Source: Spizellomyces punctatus DAOM BR117 (lineage: Eukaryota). From it: a stretch of 64,000 nucleotides of DNA. Made by a program: the position numbers and the translations under genes. Numbering within the stretch: position 1 is the first letter of the stretch; each line of letters starts with the position of its first letter. The notes under the pieces are model-generated. The model was not told the DNA's origin and ran no database searches. It saw only the letters and a program-made list of their open reading frames with translations. The stretch lies in assembly GCA_000182565.2 (NCBI GenBank), contig KQ257453.1. One strand, 5' to 3'. Below are positions 63,633 through 64,000 of this stretch, piece by piece.

Positions 63633-64000
63633 TCATCGGGTAACATCTGCATAACTTACACCCTCCACACTTCCTCCCCGCATTGTCCTCGTTACATTCT
63701 GTTCAAATAGCCGTCGGTTTGATCGTAGCACCTCTGCCGCCTCTGCCGGATGGTATAACGATCAGCTTATGAGATGAGGAGCTATCCATCCATTCACTCC
63801 AACCTTTGTTGAGCGGGTCATCAGCATTCGGTTCCAAAAACAGGTACTGCAATCCCACCATCACTGCGCTGATGTTCAAAACCGGTTTCCAATCTTCTCG
63901 CAAAATGTTGAGACAAACATTTCCCTCCAGGTCAATATTTGGATGATATATCTGCCCGTAAAACATGGTCAGTATTACAGTGAATACCAATGACAGAATC
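63633..64000 (-). CDS. UBC12: NEDD8-conjugating enzyme Ubc12 (3' part only; the gene continues beyond the window)
   Basis: [25 protein letters not shown]...[39 protein letters not shown]. Confidence 0.95.

Overview
Eukaryotic, gene-dense, intron-rich DNA (mostly short GT-AG introns of about 55-100 nt) from a flagellated fungus, most likely a chytrid. Fungal-type housekeeping genes sit next to axonemal genes such as IQCA1/DRC11; a Spizellomyces-like origin is a guess. I can support about 29 protein-coding genes, mostly alternating in strand with tight spacing: IQCA1, PDCD5, TAPT1/EMP65, a RhoGAP, PRP38, an SMIM4/UQCC5-like microprotein, APC1, SEC24, a GH20 hexosaminidase, SWI5, TFIIS, VPS36, CFD1, an MRH4-like helicase, VPS26, ATE1, a PDK/BCKDK kinase, EFCAB11, ERO1, SARAF, a RING E3, a cNMP-binding protein, UBC12 and several unknowns. 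There is a 247-N assembly gap. I recognised no rRNA, tRNA, CRISPR array or transposon. The best lead is an intron-poor island at 55.8-59.2 kb with three genes: a membrane-anchored, Chlamydia-NUE-like SET methyltransferase, a secreted protein with a prokaryote-type eight-cysteine domain, and a probable GPI-anchored surface protein. Other leads are a Hub1-binding HIND motif on Prp38, a winged-helix domain fused to Swi5, and a degenerate SPX-RING ligase. Exon boundaries were inferred by hand and family assignments come from motif recall, not database searches.
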